DNA of 64,000 bases. It comes from Geosiphon pyriformis uo1. Taxonomy: Eukaryota > Fungi > Glomeromycota. The notes under the pieces were generated by a model, which saw only the letters and a list, made by a program, of their open reading frames with translations, had not been told where the DNA came from and ran no database searches. Made by a program: the position numbers and the translations under genes. The stretch covers positions 540,039 through 604,038 of the forward strand of contig JAAOMT010000760.1 in NCBI GenBank assembly GCA_016748015.1, written 5' to 3'. Shown piece after piece: positions 14,139-25,397 of this stretch (position 1 is the stretch's first letter; each line of letters begins with the position of its first letter).

Positions 14139-14309
14139 TTTTTGTTGAAATTTGTTTCCAAAAAATATTAAATTTTTTAAAGTTTAGGTTTCTATCAAGC
14201 TCATTTTTCAATTGAGTTGGTGCTGATGAGATAATAATCACCATGCAAAATCAGGTGAACAATGTGACACGATATCTTTTTCGGAAACCGTTGCGGAAAT
14301 TGTGGCTAA

Positions 14310-15670
14310 TGATGGTCTCTAACAGCTCCATCTTTCTTGCCAAATTATCACTGATGTTGCGGGGTGAATTAATTTCAAAAGATCCAGTTTTAAATCCTAT
14401 TGAATTCTCACATTGAGGAATGGGTACAGAAGCATGTCTAATTTTTAAATTTTATATATCACATTAATATATTTCCTTTTTAATTTAGCAGGTTGTGGTT
14501 GCCTAACTCTGTTTGCATGTACACATTCTTTATCTCAATAGCATAAAAATCATCATAATTTTACTTAGAAAATAATACATCAATTTTTATTACTGCAGTT
14601 CAAGAATTGCCCAAAAATATTTTTTCAATTAATAGTGTTTTTATTCAAAGATAATACTTAGTAAGAAATTGACAAAGATGAAATAATTGAAAACAACAAG
14701 AACAAGAAAAAAAAGCCAGAAAAATTTTAATATTTGTAAGAAAAAAAGAGTAAAAAATTTACCAAGAAGTATTAAAAGCCAAATGCAATACAAAAAATAA
14801 TTATGAAACAATAATTGGGCTGTATTAAATAAATAATATTTTTTTAAATCTTTTGATATTATTATCATTATTATTACAGATTGGAATAAATGATAGCAAT
14901 TCAATTATAAAAAAGTACTGTGCAAAAAAACTATATAGCCAAAATTTAAAAAATTATCTATTTTTTCAGAATAAATACCAAAAAACAAAATAATTGGCTT
15001 AATAAAAGAGTGTTAAAACGTGTAATTATAAATTTATTTAAAATTTCTAACTTTTATAGTTGTTATTTATAAAAAACAAATTACTAATTTTTTTGTTCAA
15101 ATTTTTATATTTTTTTTATTAAGTAAAGTTCAATTTTATTATTAATATATATAAAATCTAAATTTGATTCAAAATTTGTTATTTATTTTTACTTTATAAA
15201 TATTTTTATTATTATATCTGTAATAAGATTGGTGTTAAAAATGCATTTTTTGATAATTTTATTCTCTGAACAGTTAAAAAATTTGCTAAAAACAAAGTTT
15301 TATGTAATGTGTTCAAACATAAATCCAAGATCATATTATTAAAAATCTTGTTGATAAATTTTACAGAAAAACTACATTTGGCTTGTCTGAAATTCTGATT
15401 TTATTATAATTTCTAAATTTAATAAAGATTAAATGAAAAATAACAAAACAGTGCAGAATATAATAATATAAACACATGTAAGTTTTAAACAAAAATTGAA
15501 GTTCAAACCTAAAGAGTTTAACAATCATGTTTTTTGGGTTATATACAGTTAATATGGAAAAAAAAGGTTTTTAAATGTAAACAATGCAATTATATATATA
15601 TATAAATATTAATAATACATGTGAAATATTTTTTCAAATATTATTTAATAGCTATTTACAATTTGAAAAT
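14310..15670 (+). mobile_element. IS607-like element relic B: intron-containing TnpA plus Fanzor2, degraded with internal deletions
   Basis: TnpA motifs: QIITDVAG*INFKRSSFK (14341), intron about 14432-14491, VVVA*LC, QELPKNIFSINSVF (14601). Fanzor motifs: RSIK..KQ*LGC, intron about 14829-14879, IKNLVDKFYRKTT/WLV*NSDFIIISKFN, NKTVQNIII*THVSFKQKLK, VFKCKQCN, NINNTCEIFFQILFNSYLQFE. Confidence 0.85.
14320..14650 (+). pseudogene. tnpA: IS607 serine recombinase TnpA relic (copy B)
   Basis: Matches the D(I/V)xSGxNFKRxG motif, the VVVAHRDRLC motif (partly deleted) and the C-terminal ELAEDILSINTVF motif after allowing mostly C>T/G>A changes. Confidence 0.8.
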
Positions 15671-15999
15671 ATATTATATTTATTTATTTCCAAAAATGAA
15701 TTAACTGCTTAAAATAAAAGCTAATAAATTTTTTATGTTTCATCAGAACCAAATACAAAGTATGGGTTATTGTTGGTTTCTTTGATAAAAATACTCAAAA
15801 GGATATAATATATTGAATAATATTGGCAAATCATATTGGAAAAGCAAATTCATATTTGCTACTGGTAACTAGGAGACAGCTTCAAAAGCCAGAGTTAAAA
15901 AAATACCTGATGTTATACTATATAAGAAGTTTAATCTTTAAATTTTCAAAGCTTGGAAGAATAAAAAATTAAATCTTAACTCTGCATTATGTTATTAGA

Positions 16000-16200
16000 T
16001 AATGCTGAAGAGAGACAGGATTGACGGGCATTATGAACATTCCTCTCTACAAAAATGCTTTGGTTCTGGTTGGACACGGAAAATTATACATATCAACAAC
16101 GGGCCTGTGAGTTTGCCAGGCTTTGCTGGATGATTGGACATATGATGATTTAGGTGGCTATTAATGGTCAATGTTGTCTATCTGAGTTCGACTCAAGCGA
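16000..16200 (+). mobile_element. Fanzor2 3'-end fragment C with putative omega-RNA scaffold
   Basis: Degraded AEE...KCFGSGW...NNG..(R)ALLD. Positions 16119-16132 are identical to 42823-42836, and 16155-16186 match 42874-42905 at 28/32. Confidence 0.7.
16119..16197 (+). ncRNA. Putative Fanzor omega-RNA scaffold (degraded copy)
   Basis: Homologous to the 42.8-kb copy. GGATG..TATCT long-range stem remnant, TGGCTA-TTAA-TGGTCA hairpin and terminal TGAGT-TCG-ACTCA hairpin. Confidence 0.5.
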
Positions 16201-17179
16201 TCCGTTCCTAGCAAATCCCTTTATTTTCTCTAGTATGTTAGTTTATCCAATTCCTTTGAGGAAGCAAATTCTAAATTGGATATTGATTTTATGATTTCTC
16301 TTCCATTGAAATTTCGATTCATTAAATATCAGTACACAAGATAAGGTTCCGACTAATAACTCAGATAATTAATTATCTCTCAGCATTCAATTAAAATTTC
16401 TATTCCAGAATTAAATACAATTTAAAGTATCAGGGGGAAGGGACAATTGATTTTGACTAATCCACAATTTTGTAAAAAGTGCAAGAGAAACATTTGAAAA
16501 TATCGATTCAAATTTTTACTGCAATAAAAACTTTGGTAAAAAGTTCGGAGATAATTGATCAAATAATTGTTTCTCGCTTCAAAATTTGAATTCCAAACCA
16601 AATCATCATATTTCGTTCAAATTTGAAATTTTCAGGCTATCATTATTTCACAGCCGAACCTCAGAACTTTGTAAAATAAAAAATTATTAATTTAGAAAAA
16701 TGGGAATTTGTCAAGATCATCACATTTCTTTATTAAAAAATGTAAAACTCCATGCCAAACGTGTCCAAGATGAATTAGATAAAAATTGGGTTGATAAATT
16801 CTTTTAAATATATGATCAAAGCGCTTTATTAGGAGCGTCTTTGGGCTTACCCTTCCATAAAAAATTCACTCTTACGTTTTTAGGACGAACTGAATAGAAA
16901 AGGAAGTGAAATTCATTAAATTTTTTGGGCTCCTGACGGTTCAATGAGATGTTGAAAATGTAATATTAAATTTTTCTAACTATATAAACGAGAATGAACT
17001 ATTAAAGCAAAAAAATTCGGATAAACTAAGTCAGTTAAAGGGGAATTAGGTAAGCTTGTAAAAGCTGGGAAATTATAATAATGTGCTCGATTTCTTCCTG
17101 TGGAAAACAATCTATTAAAATATTTAATTATTATAAATCGTTAAGAGGGAAAGAAGTTGCTAAACAACAGGGTGAAGTT

Positions 17180-17700
17180 GCTCACAATATCTTAGCAAAG
17201 TACCCACTTTCCGTGGCAACACCATTAGCAAAATTTCTCGTGTTACCAACCTCCTTGCAGAAAAGACTGTTATTTTGGTTATAACTGATGTCACACAGCT
17301 TCTCATTTATTCCTGCCGCCACCCATTTTTTCACCTACCTAATGGACCCTAACCCCATAAAATCGAACCGTGAAATCGTTAAATACTTTTGACGCAATGA
17401 TTGTCACAGATGCAATCGAAATCGCCAAATTAATTGGTGTTCCCTTCGCTCCTGTCAACATTACGTCGACCTACTTTGCAAAAATGGGCATTCATCGTCC
17501 TGGGCTTACTTATCACAATCGTTCCCAGATCGGCAAAATCGTGTACGGAAATCATTTTGTCACGACAGCCGAAATTAAAGCAAAGAAACGCATCCAGGGT
17601 TTGAACTCGGCAAATGAACTGTCCTGGACAAGCTCTCAGGCCACATTGCCATTCTGCCCAGCATCTCCAATAATCATATCCTAAAGCAAGACTTCCATGT
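17180..17700 (+). pseudogene. Degraded gene fragment, possibly the N-terminal part of a UDP-glycosyltransferase
   Basis: GC-richer island with the ORF piece FDAMIVTDAIEIAKLIGVPFA, broken by frameshifts. The resemblance is weak. Confidence 0.25.
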
Positions 17701-20619
17701 CGTGTTCTGCAGTGGTCATCTCATATAGCCCAGACCTCAAACTCCATTGAGAATATTTAGACTAGTAAAAAAGAATGGGGAAATCTTCCAGAGGAGGTAG
17801 TACTCATTAATGAATTGATAAAATTTATAAGATTCATCTCGAAAGAAAATGGCATATCAAAAGTTAAGAACTTTTTAGATCCAATAGTGGTTTTAGAAAT
17901 TAGTAGCTACTTTAGAGTTTTTATTAAGTATAATTTTTCGAAGTTGATTTGGTTGATGAAATAAATTATTAAAGTTATGCAAGGAGCATGAATAAAATTT
18001 TCAAGTTAATCTGGGAAAATTTCGAGATTTTGCCAATGAACCTTCATTATAATACTAATATAAATAAATCCAATGTCATTGTAATGCGTGGCTTGTTTTC
18101 TGAAACCATAGTTTTCTTTCATTAATGATATCGAAGTGACTTGATAATCAGTCTCACGCGAGTTTCTTGAGATTTGAAATCACGATAAAACTTAAATTTG
18201 CATAATGTGGTGTTTGCTCACTTGCTTCTACATTTTTACTCCTACATTTATCCAGGTTACTAAGCTGTGGTGATACCACTTGTTTTTTCTTGGAATCTGA
18301 ATTTAGTTAGCGAAATGAAGCTTAGAATCGATTAAGATATTGTCAAGTCATATCAACATGTGTTAATTCTGCTGAGGGTGAAGTTGGGCTGAACAAATAT
18401 AATACAGCATTGAAAGATTGCCTCAAAAGTTCTAAAGTCAGATAAATTGAAGCAATTGAAAAGATCAGCAGAATAGTCGGGCACAAGCCTGACTCTGGAT
18501 TGCAATTCTCAATTTTACTAAAAATGAACGCCAAAACAACCACCCAACCAAACGGTCTCGAACGCCAATCATCAGAGAGATGTGCAGTGAGACAGAGAAT
18601 GGCTTTTTTTTTATATTATTATCTTAGTGCCATTTGAATATTTGGTAATTCGATCATTGTTACCAAGTTGAGGTATGTACAAGTATGGAAGTCACACGAT
18701 GTCTTGTTTGGTTTGGTTTTTGAATATGATGAACAATATATGTGCTAGGAAAGTCTCACATGTACGTTTGGTTGGCATAAACGGTAAATACTGTTAAAAT
18801 TGATCCGAGATCCCTGAAAAGAATGGTTACAATAATGTTTATGTAAATAACTAAATAAATAAATATATATATATATATTTTTAATCTTTGAAATCTCTTC
18901 TTTGATTCTTTATGTGATAAATCAAGAAAAAAAACCTGGGAATATATAAACAATCAAAATTGTCGCGTGCCAATCGGGCTTCAGAGGATTTACCGATGAT
19001 ATATGATATTCATTAATGAGGGGTTACCAATTATTTATTTAATGCTTTTTTAATCTTAAATGAGTTTAATTGCATCAAACAGGTGCTCTGTGGGTCCGTT
19101 CACAATTGAATTTTTGGTGGTGGTACGTGCTCTGCGGTTTTTCTTGGGACTTTCAATGAGTAAAATAAAAATCTCTTTTTTAAAATTGAATTTTGCTTTT
19201 TGGTCGATATTAATGGGGGTATGTATGAATCATCATGTTTTAAGTTTCAATTGATATTTCTTTGAACTAATACATATGCTAATTTTCTCTATACAATATT
19301 CCCAATATTTTTTTAAGTTACAGGTTACGTAACGCGTGATTGATTAATTAAAAGATTTTGGGAAAAATTTTTCAAATTCAGAATACTATCGTGTACTTTT
19401 AATAAGTAATTATACTGAAATTAATTTTATGTAAGTCTTTCATTTAGGGTAGGGCTTGATTCAATTGAAATAGTCTTTTTTTTTGACAATATATATATAT
19501 ATATATATATATTTTCTTTATTTAATTTAAAAAATTGCTTTAAAAAATTGTGGTTCAGTTTTGAAACGGGATAACACATGTAAAAAATTTATTTTTTTTA
19601 TGTATAATTAAAACAAAAAAAATGATCAATTATCTTGGGATAATTTTGGTGGTGTTTGTTCGGAAAATTATTAAAATCCCAACAATCATAAAAAGTAGGA
19701 ATAAGATTTATAAATAAAATTTCTAACAAAAAGTCAAAAAATAAATAAATAAGGATAAGGATAAGGATAACGATAACGAGTCTTTATACCTTTAATATTT
19801 TGCTTTTTTTTTTTTTTTTTCTGTGTATCCCAGATCAAATCTTAATAAAATCGATGAATTATTATATTTTTGACCCGGGCCATATGGAATTTATTGAGTT
19901 TTATGCATAATCTCATGTTTTTTTTTCTTTTTAAAGAAAAAAAATTAGCTGCTTAATTTACGCGCGCGCGGAAAAAAGGAATATTTTTGATCATAATGCG
20001 TAGAAAATACAGGAAAACTACCAAAAGCGTCCTCATAATTGACTATCATAAAATTACAATAAAACATAAAATATCTGAATGAATAAGATTTAAAAAGATA
20101 AAAGATTTAACATCTTAACAGAATATCCCAGTCATCGAAAGATATTTGACGAAATTTTTGCTCTCTTGTAAACAAAAAAAAGCATGCGAAAAAAAAAAAC
20201 AATTTAAAGGTAAGGGGAGGAGATTGGTATAAACATAGCAAAATAAAATAAAAAAATTTGTACAAAATTCGAAATAAAAACACACGTACGTATATATATA
20301 TACAGATAATATGAATGCAAGAATGGGTGCAAACACAAAGCTAATTTCGAACGAAAATTTTTTAAAGAGATCAACAAAAAAAAAAGAATATTTTTGAATT
20401 TTGCCATTGTTTTTGTTTAAAAATGTCACAAAAAAATTACAAAAAATATCTCAAACGAAAATAATCTACAAAGAATTTTTAAAATATCAAGGGATGTTTC
20501 ATTAAAAGAAAAGTTTTAAAAAAAATTTTCTATTGGAGAAAAACATTTTTTGTATGTGTGTGTCATCCTTTTCAATAGAAAGTTTTATGGCCATCGAATT
20601 TTTGATACATCATCATATT

Positions 20620-21564
20620 TTAGTAGAAAAAACTTATCCTTGGCAATTTGTAATGTTCGTTTTGTACGATGGGAAACGCGTGTACAGGTGGTAATTCTAA
20701 AATTGGTAAACTGTCTCGATCCATTTTAGACAAAGAATCCAATAGGCTGCTTAAACTGGGTAAAGCTTTTTCTGATGCACTATGAGAATCATTTATCATT
20801 TCTTTATCAATGGTTGTTGGCAGTTCCTTACATTCTGCCAATCTTGACGGAGATTGATTTAATAATCGATGATTTTGTTGATTGGGTTCAACAAAATTGG
20901 AACAATGCTCAATATGTTCATTAAAATGTTGTTGATTAGTTTCCTTCTTTATGATTTTTTTAACCGAACATGTTGCAATATGCCTTGACAAATGACCAGA
21001 GCATTTAAATACTCTTTTACAATTAGGCAAAGGACATGGAATTCTAGAGGAGCTTTTTAACCCAAAATCTGTAGAATTCGATGCCGTAGATTCTGTAAAT
21101 ATAATTTTACAAGAGGAAATTGAGGGGGGTGATGATTTCTCAGAAGTTTGATGCTTTCTGAGTAGAATACTATTCTTGAAAGGGATCAATGGTATCCTTT
21201 TTTGTTTAGGATTTTGATGATTTTGTAAATTTTGTGGTGGATCTTTTCTTTTGAATTGCTTTTCATGTATTCTACCGTGACGTCTTAACTCGTCTGAACG
21301 AGAGAATTTCTTGCCACATTTCTTACATTCATGATTTTTTTCTCCTGTGTGTTTAGCGCTATGACGACGTAGATGTTCATGACGACTAAATTTCTTTTGG
21401 CATTCAGGACACGTATGTGACCTTACGCTGCTGCTACTGCTGTCCTCATCAGAGTAGTCAGAATTTTTTAAAAGAATTGTTGAGGGAATTTCTGGTCGTA
21501 AAGTGGAAAATTGCAAAGGTTTTTGGAATGGAACTTGACGAAAGAGTTTGGTATAGTTAGCCAT
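20620..21564 (-). CDS. CreA/Mig1-like C2H2 zinc-finger transcription factor, single exon
   Basis: [49 protein letters not shown] resembles the Mig1/CreA/EGR finger pair. It has an extra CPLPNC..H...C finger and C-terminal LPSL/LPPV/LPRI motifs. Confidence 0.88.
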   Translation of the reverse strand: MANYTKLFRQVPFQKPLQFSTLRPEIPSTILLKNSDYSDEDSSSSSVRSHTCPECQKKFSRHEHLRRHSAKHTGEKNHECKKCGKKFSRSDELRRHGRIHEKQFKRKDPPQNLQNHQNPKQKRIPLIPFKNSILLRKHQTSEKSSPPSISSCKIIFTESTASNSTDFGLKSSSRIPCPLPNCKRVFKCSGHLSRHIATCSVKKIIKKETNQQHFNEHIEHCSNFVEPNQQNHRLLNQSPSRLAECKELPTTIDKEMINDSHSASEKALPSLSSLLDSLSKMDRDSLPILELPPVHAFPIVQNEHYKLPRISFFY

Positions 21565-22127
21565 TATGGTTTTGTAAATATTTCGTTATAATAATAAAAG
21601 AAAAATTTTCACATTAAAAGTGGTTATTTGGAAGGCAATTAGAATCTTATTTCATTAAGGTATATGTTTTGTTGATGCCAAGTTAAAAAAAAAATGAATG
21701 TAAGAAACCGCCAAATTGAAAATTTGTCGTTTCAAAACCAATGGCTTTAGTGAATTCAAGATTTCTGTGCATTCGCTTCACTATTTATAAAATTTTTAAG
21801 TGAGAACTTTTTTCTAAGAGACAAACAAGAAAATCTCGAGTACCTAATCTCGCTTTGTCATTTTTTAATAGGAATTTATTATTTACTAATTGAAGATTAA
21901 GAAGATCCAAAAGCACGAAACAAGAAACGAGTTGCATGATTTTAGTGTCAAAGGGGTTAATTTTGAATTTACTATTTTCAATATTATATATTGTTTAAAA
22001 AAAAAAAGATGGATGGCATTGTAGAAGATCAAATGTTATGCGATGCATAGATAAGAATGCCGCACAATATGTTACGCATTTCAAAAACTAGAAATTTTTT
22101 CTTTCATACTTTAAAAATTTCTCCTTT

Positions 22128-22174
22128 TTCTCTCTCACTCTCACTCACTTTCACTCTCACTCTCTCTCTCTCTC
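22128..22174. repeat. CT/CACT microsatellite upstream of the C2H2 gene
   Basis: tctctctcactctcactcactttcactctcactctctctctctctct. Confidence 0.8.
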
Positions 22175-24145
22175 TTTACAGTAAAAATAATTTTTTATTT
22201 GAATTTCCATTGTCATTTTATTAAATTATTCAATCGGTTTGTTTGTATTTTGTTAAAGTATACGAGATATCTCTTAAAAAAATAAAAAATAAAAAACAAA
22301 ATAAAAAAAAATAAAAAAGTTTTAAAGTTTAAAGCCATGCGGCCATTGTCTTTGGTCGAGAACAATGTAGTAGGACACAAAAAAATAGCAAAATAATACT
22401 GGAATAAACTTTGGACCAACATGAGATAATGTAAGTAAATGCTTTTAAAGGCCCCTTGACCAGTTCCCGGTTCATTTTATTTGTTACTGTACCTGAGGCA
22501 AATAAAACTTGGTGCTGGTTTGTGCGATGTGCCCATTAAAACCTAATTCATTTAAACAACAACAACAACAACAACGTATAATTCTTAGTAAATTCTCTAC
22601 GCCATGCAAGAAAATCATTTTTCAAAGAGTACAATCCATTTCCGAACAAATGTACATCCTTCACGCCAATTTTTTTTTGAACGAGTTATAAGAAGTTAGA
22701 AGAAACTTTACTGGGAACTCTTCTTCACGGAAAAAATCCTTTTCCGTCAAAACCTGAGGGAACGTGATGAGAGTGGTCGTATTGATCGATCTTCACCTTT
22801 AAATTGGGCCACGTTAAGACTTGTTTACTCTCGGGATTCCAATGATTTCCCGAGTTAGTGACATTGGTTTCCTTGAATAATAATAAAGCCCCTTCCCAAT
22901 GATAATCTCTTAAAATGGGAGTATGACGATGACACACGAGACATTGAATTCCTTGTAATGTAAATTTATGTGCAGGTACACGCCTGCATACTGCTGAATA
23001 AAGGGAATAAAAAAAGGGGACGGGATGGAACAAAAAAATTATATTGATTTGTAAACATAATATTTCCTCAAAAATGTTTGTCATTTTTGAGCCTGACAAA
23101 GTTCCCATTAATTTCATCGGCTAAATACTCACATGTTATATAAAAGCGAATGATAATCACTAAAATCTTTTCATTGCGTGTATTAAAGGAATTACTTGAA
23201 ACTTTGAAATCATCTAAAATGTAAGAGAATGAAGAAATTTTCAAATCAAGCCATTTTTATTCAATTTTGCCTTTTTGCCATTTTTAAATAATATTTTTGA
23301 ACAATGAAAAAAGGCATGAATTTTTTACCTGGATACCATAGTAGATGAGGTCAATCTTTAACAAGAATAAAGGATTTGTAAATCAGCCTGCGGTAAAGGG
23401 TTCAGAGAAAGAAAAAAAACCTTATTCAGGGAGTTTTTTGTTTAAAATTCAAATATTTTTTTTGATAAATTATTACTCTCTCTGTAACCAGTTGGTATTC
23501 AAAATGAAATTCGTGATTGAAGATTAAAAACTTTATCTTATCAAATGCTTAAATCATTGAAATTTATCAGTAATTTTAATTGAAAAAGGGAATTTTGATC
23601 AATTTTTTGATTAATGGAGGGAGAGTAACAATAACACAAATAATCATTATTAAATTTTTTTTTACTTTATTCTTGGAGAGTTATCATGAGAACTTTTTAC
23701 CTATTAATTTTACATAACGGTAGCATATTATCAGAAATTATAAAATGACAATAATTATTAACTTCGATAGCCCATAAAATATATATTATATAAAGATACT
23801 TTTAAGAATTTAAAGTAAGTGCTTTATCATATTTTAAAAATCCAATATACCAAATAAATTTTTAATGTAAATTTATACAGTAGTTAATTATAAATTATAT
23901 TTAGAGAAGATTCTGAATTGTTTTAAATAAAAAGTATCTTTTTCTTTTAAAAATAATTATTCAGTCATAGTAATAAATATTTGGAAATTAAAAATCTGGC
24001 TAATACATAAAAAAGTTAAAAATTTTTAAAATCGATGAAAAGAAGCTGCTGACAAACATTGAATATGTTATTGGATTTTCTTGTAATAATTGTTATGATG
24101 AGGCTGAAAAAAACAGAAACAAATTATGAATATTCTTATGAAATA

Positions 24146-24208
24146 ATAACATTTGATTAATAAGAATATTTGATTAATAATAATATTTGAGTAATAATAA
24201 TATCTGAT
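24146..24208. repeat. About 17-bp minisatellite, about 4 imperfect copies
   Basis: Repeated atatttga(t/g)taataa(g/t)a units. Confidence 0.65.
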
Positions 24209-25323
24209 AGTATTGTGCAAAGAATAGTTTTTTTTTTGTCAAGTTATGATTCAAAAAAATGGTGGATTTTTTTTTAATTGTTTTTCTTAAAAAGTTTTAA
24301 TCAATATTCTTAATTTTTAATTGTTATTAGGTCAATCAAAAAATTGGAAGATATATTTACATTACACTGAGATTTTTACGTAAAAAATAAATAAATTAAT
24401 TAATATCATGCTCTCTGTAAATAAATGCATTCAAGTTTTTTTATTGTTCCGAAACGCTAAATTAAAAACAATATTAAAATTAATTTATTGGAATTTTTTT
24501 CTAACGCATGATAATAGTCAACCAGATTATACCGTTATTGAATGATTAAATCACAATTAATTTTTTAATTTAATTAAAAAAACGGTTTAATATCGTATTA
24601 TATAAAAATATATTCATAATATAAAAAAAAGTCTAGAATAAAAATGATTTATAGCGTTTATTTTATTTTATTTTTTAAGAATAAGAAATAAATCAAAATT
24701 TATCCACAAAAAAAAATTACGAGTTTTGGTATTTTTTTGTCAAAGTGTAAGACTACATAAGATCGGTAAAAAGCCCGCGCGATCTGTCGGTTTTTAGGTA
24801 ATATTATTGAGAGTAATTCCCATGTGCGTTTTTCAGAGATATATATTAATCGTAATATTAAATTTTAGTAATAAACCAATGTATGAAATCGATAAATAAT
24901 AATTTCATTGAATAATTGGAGGGGTTTTTTAAAGATGAAATAATATTAAATATTTATAAATAAAACCCAACCTTAAAAAATTTTAATCAATTCAAATATA
25001 CTTAAAAAGATCAAATTGTCAATAGAAAAGGTATAGTAGTATTAAAACTTTAGGAAGAACCTTTAAAGCTTTAACATAAGGAATTATAATATGCTGAAGG
25101 CAGATCTATTTCAAATTCGTTTAGCGCGTCAAAAATAGATTGATGGATCAACATCAGTGATTGCTTAAGCCATTACAAATATTTGTGATTTAAATGATTT
25201 TTGTTCTGTTCTAGTAATTAAACGATCAAAGCCACCAGCATTTTCCTTTTGATCAGAAATTTGGGGGCACAATAAAAAACAAACTTTAAATATTTAAAAA
25301 CCAACTCTCTCATAAGAAATACA

Positions 25324-25397
25324 GCCTCCATGGCGCAATTGGTTAGCGCGTTCGGCTGTTAACCGAAAGGATCCTGGTTCAAATCCAGGTGGGGGCG
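25324..25397 (+). tRNA. tRNA-Asn (GTT), intronless
   Basis: Full cloverleaf: GCCTCCA/TGGGGGC acceptor stem, GCGC D-stem, TTCGG-CTGTTAA-CCGAA anticodon arm and CCTGG-TTCAAAT-CCAGG T-arm. A T-run terminator lies about 16 nt downstream. Confidence 0.97.

Noticed and set aside
15700-15990. Spacer between B and C as a transposase fragment (TGN*ETASKARVKKIPD)
   Set aside because: Too short and degraded to assign.
20115-20429. Phe/Ile/Leu-rich short ORFs (also 247, 14641, 22213, 26782, 37463, 54874)
   Set aside because: Compositional artefacts of AT-rich DNA or antisense shadows of real features.
22509-23117. 130-aa minus-strand ORF and plus-strand coding-like fragments
   Set aside because: No recognisable domain and several stops in the more protein-like frame. 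At most an unidentifiable pseudogene.
24146-24208. Short repeats here and at 58340 and 61115 as CRISPR-like arrays
   Set aside because: They are head-to-tail tandem units with no unique spacers.
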